Assembly (NCBI RefSeq): GCF_001194135.2
Contig: NC_068991.1
Location: 5,102,455-5,138,429 of the forward strand
Direction: 5' to 3'
Source of the DNA: Octopus bimaculoides
Taxonomy: Eukaryota
Length of the DNA: 35,975 nucleotides
The translations under genes were made by a program, and so were the position numbers. Under the pieces are notes generated by a model. The model saw only the letters and a program-made list of their open reading frames with translations, searched no databases and was not told the DNA's origin. This document shows positions 23,878 to 35,975 of this stretch, in pieces. Position 1 is the stretch's first letter. Every line of letters begins with the position of its first letter.

Positions 23878-24757
23878 TATATATATATATATATANNNNN
23901 NNNNNNNNNNNNNNNNNNNNNNNNNNNNNNNNNNNNNNNNNNNNNNNNNNNNNNNNNNNNNNNNNNNNNNNNNNNNNNNNNNNNNNNNNNNNNNNNNNNN
24001 NNNNNNNNNNNNNNNNNNNNNNNNNNNNNNNNNNNNNNNNNNNNNNNNNNNNNNNNNNNNNNNNNNNNNNNNNNNNNNNNNNNNNNNNNNNNNNNNNNNN
24101 NNNNNNNNNNNNNNNNNNNNNNNNNNNNNNNNNNNNNNNNNNNNNNNNNNNNNNNNNNNNNNNNNNNNNNNNNNNNNNNNNNNNNNNNNNNNNNNNNNNN
24201 NNNNNNNNNNNNNNNNNNNNNNNNNNNNNNNNNNNNNNNNNNNNNNNNNNNNNNNNNNNNNNNNNNNNNNNNNNNNNNNNNNNNNNNNNNNNNNNNNNNN
24301 NNNNNNNNNNNNNNNNNNNNNNNNNNNNNNNNNNNNNNNNNNNNNNNNNNNNNNNNNNNNNNNNNNNNNNNNNNNNNNNNNNNNNNNNNNNNNNNNNNNN
24401 NNNNNNNNNNNNNNNNNNNNNNNNNNNNNNNNNNNNNNNNNNNNNNNNNNNNNNNNNNNNNNNNNNNNNNNNNNNNNNNNNNNNNNNNNNNNNNNNNNNN
24501 NNNNNNNNNNNNNNNNNNNNNNNNNNNNNNNNNNNNNNNNNNNNNNNNNNNNNNNNNNNNNNNNNNNNNNNNNNNNNNNNNNNNNNNNNNNNNNNNNNNN
24601 NNNNNNNNNNNNNNNNNNNNNNNNNNNNNNNNNNNNNNNNNNNNNNNNNNNNNNNNNNNNNNNNNNNNNNNNNNNNNNNNNNNNNNNNNNNNNNNNNNNN
24701 NNNNNNNNNNNNNNNNNNNNNNNNNNNNNNNNNNNNNNNNNNNNNNNNNNNNNNNNN

Positions 24758-24809
<52 letters not shown>

Positions 24810-25464
24810 GAAGGGTACAAAAGTATGTCTTACATTTATTCTCAAATACGTATACAGTATATTTAACGTTTAATAACTTGCATTCTTATTTCATTTTTGA
24901 TATCTTTCGTTGTGATAATGTTATTCTTATCAAGTTTTTAATGATCTTTAGCATAAATGAAGCATCTTCAACAGAGAAAATGAATGAAAGCAAAAAAGAA
25001 AGGTGGAAAAAAAAGAGGCCTTGAGAACCTTCTATAGAATGAATATTTCATCTCCTTTATAACGAAACAAAGATCATATATTCCCCGGAGCAACAGAAAG
25101 GAAAATTGGAATCATTAGAACATTGGAAATGCTATAGAAAGATATTTCAAAATCCACTAGAGTGAAACAAAGATCAGGTTTTCCCTTAAGCATAAGAATC
25201 GAATTGTTTTATTTATTCTTAATTTATTGAAATAATCTCCCCTTTTATTTGTGAGTTACTAAGAAACGCCGCTAGATTTCCATTTTCCTTCAACTATGAG
25301 AATTAACTGAATTCATTCTGAAGTTCTTCTCCACGTCATTCAGTACAGTCACAGTTATTTGATGCATATCACTCCGTTCGATTTGCTTATTTGATCTATT
25401 TATCGTTGCTCAATTTTCTGGAAATTTCAGCTGGCTCAAGAGTATTTTTAGCATTTTCTATACG

Positions 25465-25790
25465 TGCAGGGTGTGACTGAGTAGTAGGAATTATGCTTCC
25501 CATCTACATGGTTTCGGGTTTAGTCAGACTGCGTGGTGATTTGGGAATGTGTCTGCTACTACAGTATCGGACCGACCAACGCCTTGTGAGTGGAATTGGT
25601 AGGCAGAAATCAAAAGAGATTCCCAATGTGTTTGTGTGTGTGGATGTGTATATGTGTGTATGTGTGTATCTTCGCGTCAGTGACTGGCAACCGCTCTCGC
25701 TTGACAACGGGTGTTGGTGTGTTTATGTCTAAGTTACTTAGCAGCTCAGCAAAAGAAATGTTAGAATATCTACCAGTCTTCAAAAAAAAA
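25465..25790 (+). mobile_element. SINE family B copy, diverged
   Basis: It contains acatggtttcgggtttagtcagactgcgtgg...gaccgaccaacgccttgtgagtggaattggtagg...cgcttgacaacgggtgttggtgtgtttatg...acttagcagctcagcaaaaga. Confidence 0.75.
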
Positions 25791-26309
25791 AACAATTTTA
25801 ATAGGTGTGGTGTCAAATTCATTCGAAATTCTTGAAAGCGGTACCCAAAGATGGCCGCAACTAAATGGCAGAAATATGTAAAATATAAAAGATATCTAAA
25901 AGATTATGTTAACTGCGGAAACGGGTTCGTGTTTTGTTCTTATTCCTGAAGGCCAATGCGCTTTAAAAATATGTATTCTTGCTAGGAGATTCCTAGCATT
26001 AAAAGACCATCACTTGCTTTAAGCATAGCATTTGTATGTTTTGTAATACTTATTCATTATATTGAAATATTTTCCACAATTTTCTAAGTCGCAAAGTAAT
26101 GTCGTTCGAATTTTACCGAAGGAAAATTTCAGTTCATAAAAACGCATTTAATTTTTATATGAATATATTTCAAATTCTATATTCGTGTAAAATAGATTCG
26201 CGGTGCATTGCTTGGTAAAAGATTTCATACTGTAGCACTCACACAGCTATGTAGGAAGCCATCAGTGTACACGATATGCCACAAACACACACATACATAT
26301 GTATGTGTG

Positions 26310-26354
<45 letters not shown>

Positions 26355-26989
26355 ATATACATATATATATATATACATATACATACATATATATATTTAT
26401 TCATCTTATGATGTGTGTGTATGTGTGAGTGTGTGAGCGCGCGTGTGCATGTGTGTTTGTGTGTATATGTGTATGTACATATATATGTGTGCTTGTGGGT
26501 ATTTATGTTTCTGTATACGTATATATATATATATATATACTCACCTTATTTCTCAGGGAAGTAGACAGTGCATTTTGTAGGTAAACAAATTGACAGTCAA
26601 ATATATAGATTGTTCTATTGATTGATTGATTGATTAGTAGATATTTATTCTGTCAATATGACACATCGCCCAAGAATATATTTCAAAGGTATATATATTT
26701 GCAATAACATATTTTAGATACAAATTGGTGTATAATTGAATAAATATTATATAGTTACGTAAGGAAGATACTAAAAATATTAATATTCAAAGCTAGACAA
26801 GAATTTTTCTACGGCAACTTGAAATTTCTTTAAATATAATTGATATTGGAAGGAAACAAATAATATTTTTTTTTTAATTAAATAGACTTCTCGAATCTGC
26901 TTGATATTAAACATTTAAAGGAATGATGAAAATGTAATTGGATATTAATCATGAGAAGATAGTATTTCGTTAATATTCTTGGAAGTATA

Positions 26990-27216
26990 TTTCCTTCGTC
27001 AATAAAGGGGCTACACACAAAGGAGACAAAGAAGGGCAGATGAACGGATGAAGTCGATTATATCGACCCCACTGCGTAACAGGTACTTATTAATCGACCC
27101 CGAAAGGATGAAAGGCAAAGTCGACCTCGGCGGAATTTGAACTCAGAACGTAGCGGCAGACGAAATACCGCTAAGCATTTCGCCTGGCACGCTAACGATT
27201 CTGCCAACTCGCTGCC
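26990..27216 (-). mobile_element. tRNA-derived SINE family A, near full-length and best-preserved copy
   Basis: The minus strand reads aggcagcgagttggcagaatcgttagc (A-box-like) ... ctgagttcaaattccgcc (B-box-like, 27132-27144) ... gtcgactttgcctttcatcctttcggggtcgat. At least five other copies in this window are homologous. Similarity to octopus SINEs is from memory. Confidence 0.85.
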
Positions 27217-27976
27217 TTGAATAGAACATTTATTATAAATACACGTTCTGTGGAGCATACTGGCATTGCAAAACAATGGAACGGTAATGGGGAGAAGAAT
27301 AAATAGATAATTGGAACTGTGCACTATTAGTCTCACGTCTTACGAGAGTGATGTCATTGCTATATGATTTGTGATATTACAAACTATACACAAGAACGTG
27401 ACATGTGACTGCTTCACAATAACAATATGTTGCTGTGTGTTAATAACAGAATAATTAGTGTGGAACTGTTTTTATGGAGGAGAATATTAACACTAAAATA
27501 TATTTTTTAAAGAAATTTTCAGTATAATGACTGAATTGAAATGAAAAAAGAAATTAGAATAATTTTAAATTCAGAATTTAAATTCAGACATTATATACAA
27601 AATTGTAAATTCGAAGCAGATGGCAAAATTTTCAATTTACTCAAAACAATTTTAGAATGCACAGTATAATTTTTATTCCATGCATCACATGAGGACAAAT
27701 TCAATAGAAGATATTATAATTGGCTTTTTATACGTTACCTCTGAAATTGGTCGTTAAAGTTACTTCTTTAAAACACTCTTTTAGACAGCATATCGATAAC
27801 GGCTGCCTAGTGTTGGAGAACTGTTTCAAAAGACGCGTTTGTAATGTATCGTGCATTCATTAATCTCTTCTTTGTGTCCGCTGGCCATTTAAATTTGCTA
27901 TTAATATTGCTATTGCAACAACAACTACCACAAGACTAATGTAGTTAGATAGATAGATGGTTAGATACATAGAGAA

Positions 27977-27982
<6 letters not shown>

Positions 27983-28058
<76 letters not shown>
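27983..28058. repeat. (GATA)n microsatellite
   Basis: Directly visible. Confidence 0.98.
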
Positions 28059-28194
28059 GTCACATTCACTAAACATGAAGCTAATACATTCCATATGTAA
28101 GTCCTTCTGTTGTTTTCTTATTTCTTTATTGTTTGTCATTTAATATTCTAGTTTTATCATGGCTACCGAATAAGTGTCACATATTTTTACAGAT

Positions 28195-28208
28195 ATATAT
28201 GTGTGTGT

Positions 28209-28284
<76 letters not shown>

Positions 28285-28522
28285 TTGCGTGTGTGTATAT
28301 ATATTTGCGTGTGTGTTTGTGTCTGTGTTTGTCCCCCACCATTGCTTGACAACCGATGCTGGTCTGTTTCCGTCGTCTGTAACTTAGCGTTTCACCAAAA
28401 AGGAACCGATAGAATAAGTACTAGGCTTACAGAGAATAATTCTTGGGATCGATTTCTTCGACCATAGGCGATGTTCCATCATGGCCGCAGTCAAATGACT
28501 GAAACAAATAAAAGAATAAAAG
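28195..28522 (+). mobile_element. SINE family B 3' half including its (TG)n core
   Basis: It contains gtctgtgtttgtcccccaccattgcttgacaaccgatgctgg...gatagaataagtactaggcttacagagaataa...catggccgcagtcaaatgactgaaacaaataaaagaataaaag. Confidence 0.8.
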
Positions 28523-28611
28523 TATATGTATATATATAGTACTTATTTTGTCGGTCTCTTTTTACCGAAAGGCTAAGTTACATTTATATACATATGCGAG
28601 ATAGAGAGAGA

Positions 28612-28657
<46 letters not shown>

Positions 28658-30184
28658 TAGATGTTGCATTTTCATAAGCGCAAACAAGAACACATGAGAT
28701 TGCCAACTGTAAATACTTGTATTTTGCCTATTTAGTAGGGTCGATAAGAGAAGTACCATTAGAGAAAAACTTTAAACCGATATTACTAAGTGTGGATAAA
28801 ATATGATATGGTATTTGTATCTGACCCTTCATGATGCAAGTTCATAACTTTTGCTCATGCTGGTGATAGAATAATCACCAATGAACTACTGCAATTTTTA
28901 AGACAGACTAATCTCGTCACCAAAATATATTTCATTGTATATTATTAGAATTATTCTCGGGTATAAAAGTTCAAGGTTTCAGAGTTGGTCATTGGAGCAT
29001 AGTAACATTCACAAGGTTGGTCCTCTGGATGATGAATGGACCCGGATGAACGATTATTTTTAAAAAATACTTGGGCCAATACGTTCATATGCATTTCTAT
29101 CGTGTATATTCATTTCAAACGTAACAATTAAATTTCAATTCATTTCTTAAAGCTTCCCATATTTTATTCATGTATTATGATTGAAGTCTGTGAGAAGAGA
29201 TTTAAAGAGAAGTAAGCTGTTATTTCAATGACATCTAGTGACCATGTACATTGTCTATTAAGCGGGCAGAGAAATGAAAGGTCTTCAGAGGACATTGAAA
29301 TAACGTTGGGTACATTTTTGCCAGGAGCTGACAACAATGTAAGTTTTGCACATTACAGCATAGACAAATATTGATGTTTAAACAATATTACTTTCGTTTT
29401 CAAGCGTTTTGTTGTGTATAAACATCAAGGTATGTGTGTATTTCTTTATTTTCTTCTATCACTATTTAATCTCCATAAATTTGAACGATGTTACGAACAA
29501 TATCTGTATTTCTAAATATGTATTTTCCGTCGGATGGCAGTGAAAGAATATTATAGAGTAGGAATGTTCCATCATTTGACTGAATCTCTGTGTGCGAACA
29601 TATTTTGATAAACACACACAAATGCATGCATATCTGTGTTTGTACGCGCGTAAGAGATTGTGTGGAAGCAAGAGGCATGCTGTCTTTGAGAAAGAGAGAA
29701 AAGTCCGTTAGAGTGTGAATACGTTTGTGTGTATATCTGTGTGTATAATGCAATGTCATGTTGCGTTATTTTCCCTGATTATAATTCTCTAAAAATCGCG
29801 TGACACGAAAGAATAAATTGTCATTTTAATAATGTAAGCATCAGTTTCTTTGAACTTTTTCTGCACTTTAACCTGAATGGAAAATGCTCTCATGCATACA
29901 CGCGCAAGCGTCATACGTACGCACTCAAAAGTTTTTATAGAGAAACAAGGGTCGTATGATCACATGCTTCATACACGCATAAAACAAACTTCGCATGTAC
30001 ACGACGTTCATCAAATACGCGTTGCATTCATGTTGGTGGTATTTGCTGGCTTCTTAGAGGAAAGGAGTGAAGTTGTCACGGGAGAAATTATGCACATGAC
30101 TTAATATCTGAGAAGTTACGGAGCATAGGGGAATACTTTTAAGAAAATTAGGTATCATCTTTAAAGAGGAACATATTTACATGT

Positions 30185-30241
<57 letters not shown>

Positions 30242-31181
30242 TAAATTATAGGGTGGCAAAGAAAATTTTAGAAATTTTATTTACCACCAGTGGCCTAGCG
30301 AGAGTAAAAACAGTCAATAGACTATGTATTATTCATTAGAAATGCAGAGACGCCTATAATAGGACATCTACTCGCTAGAAATAGCAGCAAAAATACTACA
30401 TACCACAAAAGTTAGGGATAATTTCGAAAGGAAATGAAAAATAAAAACTTTTACCAATCTATATTCTGTACCATGGTTTCAAGTCAATTTTAGTAAGATA
30501 AAGATTATATCTTACAAGGTCAGACTTNNNNNNNNNNNNNNNNNNNNNNNNNNNNNNNNNNNNNNNNNNNNNNNNNNNNNNNNNNNNNNNNNNNNNNNNN
30601 NNNNNNNNNNNNNNNNNNNNNNNNNNNNNNNNNNNNNNNNNNNNNNNNNNNNNNNNNNNNNNNNNNNNNNNNNNNNNNNNNNNNNNNNNNNNNNNNNNNN
30701 NNNNNNNNNNNNNNNNNNNNNNNNNNNNNNNNNNNNNNNNNNNNNNNNNNNNNNNNNNNNNNNNNNNNNNNNNNNNNNNNNNNNNNNNNNNNNNNNNNNN
30801 NNNNNNNNNNNNNNNNNNNNNNNNNNNNNNNNNNNNNNNNNNNNNNNNNNNNNNNNNNNNNNNNNNNNNNNNNNNNNNNNNNNNNNNNNNNNNNNNNNNN
30901 NNNNNNNNNNNNNNNNNNNNNNNNNNNNNNNNNNNNNNNNNNNNNNNNNNNNNNNNNNNNNNNNNNNNNNNNNNNNNNNNNNNNNNNNNNNNNNNNNNNN
31001 NNNNNNNNNNNNNNNNNNNNNNNNNNNNNNNNNNNNNNNNNNNNNNNNNNNNNNNNNNNNNNNNNNNNNNNNNNNNNNNNNNNNNNNNNNNNNNNNNNNN
31101 NNNNNNNNNNNNNNNNNNNNNNNNNNNNNNNNNNNNNNNNNNNNNNNNNNNNNNNNNNNNNNNNNNNNNNNNNNNNNNNNN

Positions 31182-31221
<40 letters not shown>

Positions 31222-31395
31222 TATATATATAATGTGCATATATATTATATATATAATACATATATATATAATATGTATATAATATGTATATAATATATAT
31301 AATATATATATATAATATGTCTATATAATATATATGTATAATATATATATTATATATATAATATGTATATATAATATATATGATATGTATATATA

Positions 31396-31441
<46 letters not shown>

Positions 31442-31530
31442 TATATATATACATATGATATATATAGATATGCGTGTTTGTATGTATAATATAGCTCTAT
31501 ATATTTAGATATATGTATATATATGCTATG
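31182..31530. repeat. Degenerate (TA)n low-complexity tract
   Basis: Almost pure A/T with an interrupted TA period; a similar tract lies at 10724-10980. Confidence 0.95.
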
Positions 31531-32053
31531 AAGTTTTCAGGGAAGAAAATGAAAGCGAGACGATAGATTCACGCATTCTGACATTTCTGACTTTTATCCC
31601 TGTATATCCAAAACTCTGTTAATATTTTGGAGGCCAGACAAATCAGCCATCACATCTTCCACAACTGTTAACTTTATTCGACAAGGCATCGATGTTGGTA
31701 AGGAAATCGCTGGCTGGAGCGTAAATTCTTGTTGGGTGTACGTCTAACTAAGCCTACCGCATCACCCTGATAGTTATTAGAATATTCCATCTTGTCTGTT
31801 TAGTAAATTCCAACAACGATGGCAAATTATCAAGTTTATTCTTTGGTCATAATTCGGCGATGCCAAATCTTATAATAATTGAAATTATTTAAGTTTTAAT
31901 TTTCGTTCCTCAACATTTCGTGATATCTTTATATGAAAGCCCTTACTCCAACGGTGCCATTTACCATATTTTTCACTAACATTGCCGATAGATTATACTG
32001 AAGCATCTATGAGTTGGCACATTTCCTTTACTCTCTTCCCACCTTTTTCTCTC

Positions 32054-32109
<56 letters not shown>

Positions 32110-33002
32110 NNNNNNNNNNNNNNNNNNNNNNNNNNNNNNNNNNNNNNNNNNNNNNNNNNNNNNNNNNNNNNNNNNNNNNNNNNNNNNNNNNNNNNNNNNN
32201 NNNNNNNNNNNNNNNNNNNNNNNNNNNNNNNNNNNNNNNNNNNNNNNNNNNNNNNNNNNNNNNNNNNNNNNNNNNNNNNNNNNNNNNNNNNNNNNNNNNN
32301 NNNNNNNNNNNNNNNNNNNNNNNNNNNNNNNNNNNNNNNNNNNNNNNNNNNNNNNNNNNNNNNNNNNNNNNNNNNNNNNNNNNNNNNNNNNNNNNNNNNN
32401 NNNNNNNNNNNNNNNNNNNNNNNNNNNNNNNNNNNNNNNNNNNNNNNNNNNNNNNNNNNNNNNNNNNNNNNNNNNNNNNNNNNNNNNNNNNNNNNNNNNN
32501 NNNNNNNNNNNNNNNNNNNNNNNNNNNNNNNNNNNNNNNNNNNNNNNNNNNNNNNNNNNNNNNNNNNNNNNNNNNNNNNNNNNNNNNNNNNNNNNNNNNN
32601 NNNNNNNNNNNNNNNNNNNNNNNNNNNNNNNNNNNNNNNNNNNNNNNNNNNNNNNNNNNNNNNNNNNNNNNNNNNNNNNNNNNNNNNNNNNNNNNNNNNN
32701 NNNNNNNNNNNNNNNNNNNNNNNNNNNNNNNNNNNNNNNNNNNNNNNNNNNNNNNNNNNNNNNNNNNNNNNNNNNNNNNNNNNNNNNNNNNNNNNNNNNN
32801 NNNNNNNNNNNNNNNNNNNNNNNNNNNNNNNNNNNNNNNNNNNNNNNNNNNNNNNNNNNNNNNNNNNNNNNNNNNNNNNNNNNNNNNNNNNNNNNNNNNN
32901 NNNNNNNNNNNNNNNNNNNNNNNNNNNNNNNNNNNNNNNNNNNNNNNNNNNNNNNNGTGGTGGTGGTGGTAGTGGTGGTGGTGGTGGTGGTGGTGTGGTG
33001 GT

Positions 33003-33190
33003 GATGATATGTGTAACACGTGTTGTATAACTGACGTAGCGTGCCTTTTTGACCCACGAATAATCAAGATGGAAGACAAAATAATAGACATGTACAATTC
33101 TCTTAAGTACGAAATAGTCCTGTTATGGAAAATGAAGAAGGTGAATATAATGCCAGTTATTGCTGTGACCGTGAAGACAGTATCAGATGG
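33003..33190 (+). mobile_element. R4/Dong-like (RLE, PD-(D/E)xK endonuclease) non-LTR retrotransposon fragment
   Basis: The start of ORF 33009 reads NTCCITDVACLFDPRIIKMEDKIIDMYNSLKYEIVLLWKMKKVNIMPVIAVTVKTV. This follows the RLE C-terminal pattern IDVACPFD...KxxKYxxLKYEIxxLW....IIPVVIGALG. The upstream part is lost in the N-gap. Confidence 0.75.
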
Positions 33191-33224
33191 AAACAAGGGG
33201 AATATAAATGAAATCGGTGAAGAG

Positions 33225-33545
33225 CAAAATGCTGGTCAACAAACTGAAACCATCAACTCGCACGAAGCACCGAGATCCTTTTCCAAATCAAGTGTAATTG
33301 TAACACGTCCTCCACGACAGTCTACACCATTGGAACCAATGAAACAATGAAATTCGAATTGTTGGAACATCCTGAACACAGTCCAGATCATATTGCGTCT
33401 GACTATCTCCTCTTTGGACCGCTCGAATATCCTTTAGGAAGTATTTCCGTTTGCTACGGATGAAGCGCAGGAAGCTGGACATAAATGGATGCACGACCAG
33501 CTGGGAGAATTACATCGGAAGGCATGGAGAGTGTGTCGAAAAATG
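33225..33545 (+). pseudogene. Highly decayed mariner transposase C-terminal remnant (second family)
   Basis: Frameshifted pieces read SKMLVNKLKPSTRTKHR, then MKFELLEHPEHSPDHIASDYLLFGPLE (equivalent to LEHPPYSPDLAPSDYHLFGPLK), then FATDEAQEAGHKWMHDQ, then IGRHGECVEK (equivalent to the mariner C-terminus CIExxGDYVEK). No TIR was recognised. Confidence 0.8.
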
Positions 33546-34128
33546 TTGTTATCGTTCAATTTTTGATATTGTTTTGAAAAATTACAGAATCAGGAATGCA
33601 TATAATGTTAAACTTAATTACGTACAAAACAGCAGGAAAACAAAAAAAACAGGAGAGAGATTATCATCGCCCACAAATTCATATTTATTCAAGATTATAA
33701 AACTTCATGACATAGGAGAATAGCAGCAATTGACAAAACAAAACATTTTCAATTTTCATCTTTTTTTAAAGTAAAACATACGTTTACACACCGTTATCCA
33801 AATTTTAAGATCTAGAAATAGAGATAACCAGAAAGTAGGAAATAAAAAATATGACACATACGTAATAACTGATGTCATAAGAATACTTGGAAACGCCGAA
33901 GAATAAATGCACAAGACAAATCTTAAGCGTTATAAATATGCAGAATACACAAAAAATGGGGCGACCAGGCATGGCATGTATATTACGCGGAATATTTTCA
34001 AATTATATGCGATATATATGCAAAACAATCAAATATCTAAAAGCATAACTGGGCGCATAATTAAGCAATATAGAGATGCGTTCGGTTCTGCACTGAAATC
34101 ACGTAATGAAATTAGGGACCACGAAGTA

Positions 34129-34148
34129 ATAATAATAATAATAATAGA

Positions 34149-34224
<76 letters not shown>
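34129..34224. repeat. (AAT)n microsatellite
   Basis: Directly visible. Confidence 0.98.
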
Positions 34225-34226
<2 letters not shown>

Positions 34227-35943
34227 GGTGGAAAAGTGTTATATAAAGTCGAGTAGTTGGACGAAGAAAAAGGTAAGACAGACGTGCTGAAAACAGCATT
34301 CAAAAGGCTCATTCGCGTACACATTCAGAGCCCACATAATGTCTGTGAATACACATATACAAATACACATTCATAGATATTGTATGTTATATATTTATAT
34401 ACAATATGTATGTATATATATCAGCATTGCAGATATAACATGCGTTATGAGAATGCGGAAAATATACTAAAAAACTAACAATAATAGTAATAACAATGAT
34501 AATAACACGCATGCACTGCTCTCTCACTCAACAACAACAATAATAATAATAATAACAACAACAATGAAAATTCTGCTTCAGTGTACATTGGTCCCGTACC
34601 AGTCAAACGTACACTGAGACACACAATTCCATCTGTACGACATCAATTCAGCAATCATCTACGTAATTTATTTAGATTAAAACATTCCAGATTCTTGGAG
34701 AAATCTGTAAGAACACGAAGAAAAGAAACTAGGAAAAAAACCCACCGTATCTCTACCGAATCTATTATATTTCTATATTTCATATATTCCCGTATTTCTG
34801 CGATTTATTTATATTATTATAATTATTTCTTTTTGTACATTTATTTTGTTAATTTATTTTATTTTATATATTTTTATTTTATTTCATTTTATATATTTAT
34901 TTTTGTATTTGCATGAGGGGACATTTTTCAATGAATAGTTTCAATGCTAAAGAGGGATATATATATATATATATATATATAAATTTGTTTTTCTTGTTTT
35001 TTCTATCCGCGTTTTTTCGCCTACACTTTTAATTTTGTAAGGGATGTTCAGAATACGATAGCCTTTTTGTTCGGATATTGAATGACACGGTTGGAGATCT
35101 TTTGTACCAGAAGAAAGTAACAAAAGAAAGATAGGCAGGAAGAAAAAATAGGATAAATACCAGCAAAAAACGAAAACCAATATTAAAGAAAAAAGCATAA
35201 TTGATTCCATAAGGAATGTGCAACAGAACGCAAATGGCGTTACTGAAACCCATGGTATGTGGAAGTGTGTAGTTATAAACACATACGTATGCACAAGTGT
35301 GTGCGTGCCTTGAGTGTAAATGTGTATGTCTGAGTGTATATGTGTGTGCGTGCGTGTGTATGTGTGTGTGTACGTGTATGTCTGTATGTCTGTGTGTGTG
35401 TTTGTGCGTGTAGTGTTTAAGTATAGGAGCATACACGCATGCCTGTATCCCAAAGGATGTAACTGCATATATATTTTGACACGTACGTACAGATGTATAT
35501 GTGCACCTATATGTAAATGTGCGCATAGATAAATGTGTGTCTNNNNNNNNNNATATCCATATATATATATATGTATATACATATAGAAACACGTGCATAC
35601 CTAGGCACATAAATAAACTGATTCGTGTGCCTATATGCGTGTGAAAGTAGACGAATATGTGTTCCCCTTCTTAAATCTATCGCTACGTATATATTAATAT
35701 ACAAATGTCTGTGCTCTGTATGTAACATTATATCCTGAGAGTATACGAAAATGCTTCATACTGTCGGCGGTATCGATGTTATTATGATCTATCATATTAC
35801 GTATTCCTGCTTTTGATTCTTTGAATAATGGTGATTCACTCTACAATTGATTTATATATATGTGTGTGTGTGCGTGTGTGTGTGTGTGCGTGTGTCTGTG
35901 AGTGTGCGTTTGTGTGTCTGTGTATGTGTATTTATATACTTAC

Positions 35944-35975
<32 letters not shown>

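Larger units (their letters stand above)
3661..35552. other. Assembly gaps: larger gaps at 3661-3809, 5037-5791, 6807-7499, 10297-10723, 13757-14009, 23896-24757, 30528-31181 and 32110-32957; ~10-N gaps near 8607, 13109, 18903 and 35543
   Basis: These are N runs, most of them flanked by simple repeats. The long X-containing ORFs are artefacts of these gaps. Confidence 0.99.

Noticed and set aside
25848-25998. aagatggccgc (YY1- or start-codon-like) and an 8-bp hairpin tgctagga-gat-tcctagca
   Set aside because: The ORF is only 32 codons, there is no CpG-rich promoter context, and short motifs like these are at chance level.
26535-26590. Splice-like signals on both strands (ttctcag...gtaaac; AAG|gtgagt)
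   Set aside because: The signals conflict between strands, the candidate peptides are trivial, and the donor merges with a (TA)n tract.
27130-27216. A-box/B-box sequence suggesting a tRNA gene
   Set aside because: There is no cloverleaf, and it continues into a repeated SINE body, so it is a tRNA-derived SINE head.
29226-29375. 48-aa ORF and a possible 14-nt microexon (ttgccag|GAGCTGACAACAAT|gtaagt)
   Set aside because: The peptide is short and unrecognised, it is not frame-preserving, and such splice-like matches are expected by chance in 36 kb.
34578-34617. 9-bp inverted repeat tcagtgtac / gtacactga
   Set aside because: It is too short to exceed chance expectation.
1335-35728. Dozens of ORFs rich in VC/TH/IY/IYLS/poly-I/poly-Y/ER/SL, and long X-filled ORFs
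   Set aside because: They are direct translations of (GT)n, (TA)n, (GATA)n, (AAT)n and (GA)n microsatellites or of N-gaps, with no protein-like content.

Overview
This is eukaryotic, AT-rich, microsatellite-saturated draft-assembly sequence with 13 N-gaps. Most gaps are flanked by (TA)n, (CA)n or (CT)n runs. The dispersed SINE families and repeat load resemble a coleoid cephalopod (Octopus-like) genome, an inference from recalled repeat sequences rather than a search. I can support no intact protein-coding gene, rRNA, tRNA or CRISPR array. Nearly all ORFs in the supplied track are translations of microsatellites or N-gaps. The window is best read as intergenic or intronic DNA filled with mobile-element remnants. 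These are a DD34D mariner transposase pseudogene with three nonsense codons and mismatched ends (23072-23877), a second decayed mariner (~33225-33545), the 3' end of a Tx1/L1-clade LINE with a dead zf-RVT motif (18953-19735, minus), two R4/Dong-like RLE-endonuclease LINE fragments (11300-11585 minus; 33003-33190 plus), and about ten copies or fragments of two tRNA-type SINE families. There are also two fold-back elements: one with a 79-bp perfect inverted repeat (7655-7922) and a 120-nt hairpin (16978-17097) whose loop is exactly complementary to a 13-mer about 370 bp upstream. I found no convincing novel multi-gene system. The best leads are the fold-back structures, the chimeric mariner and the association of retroelements with (TAA)n repeats.
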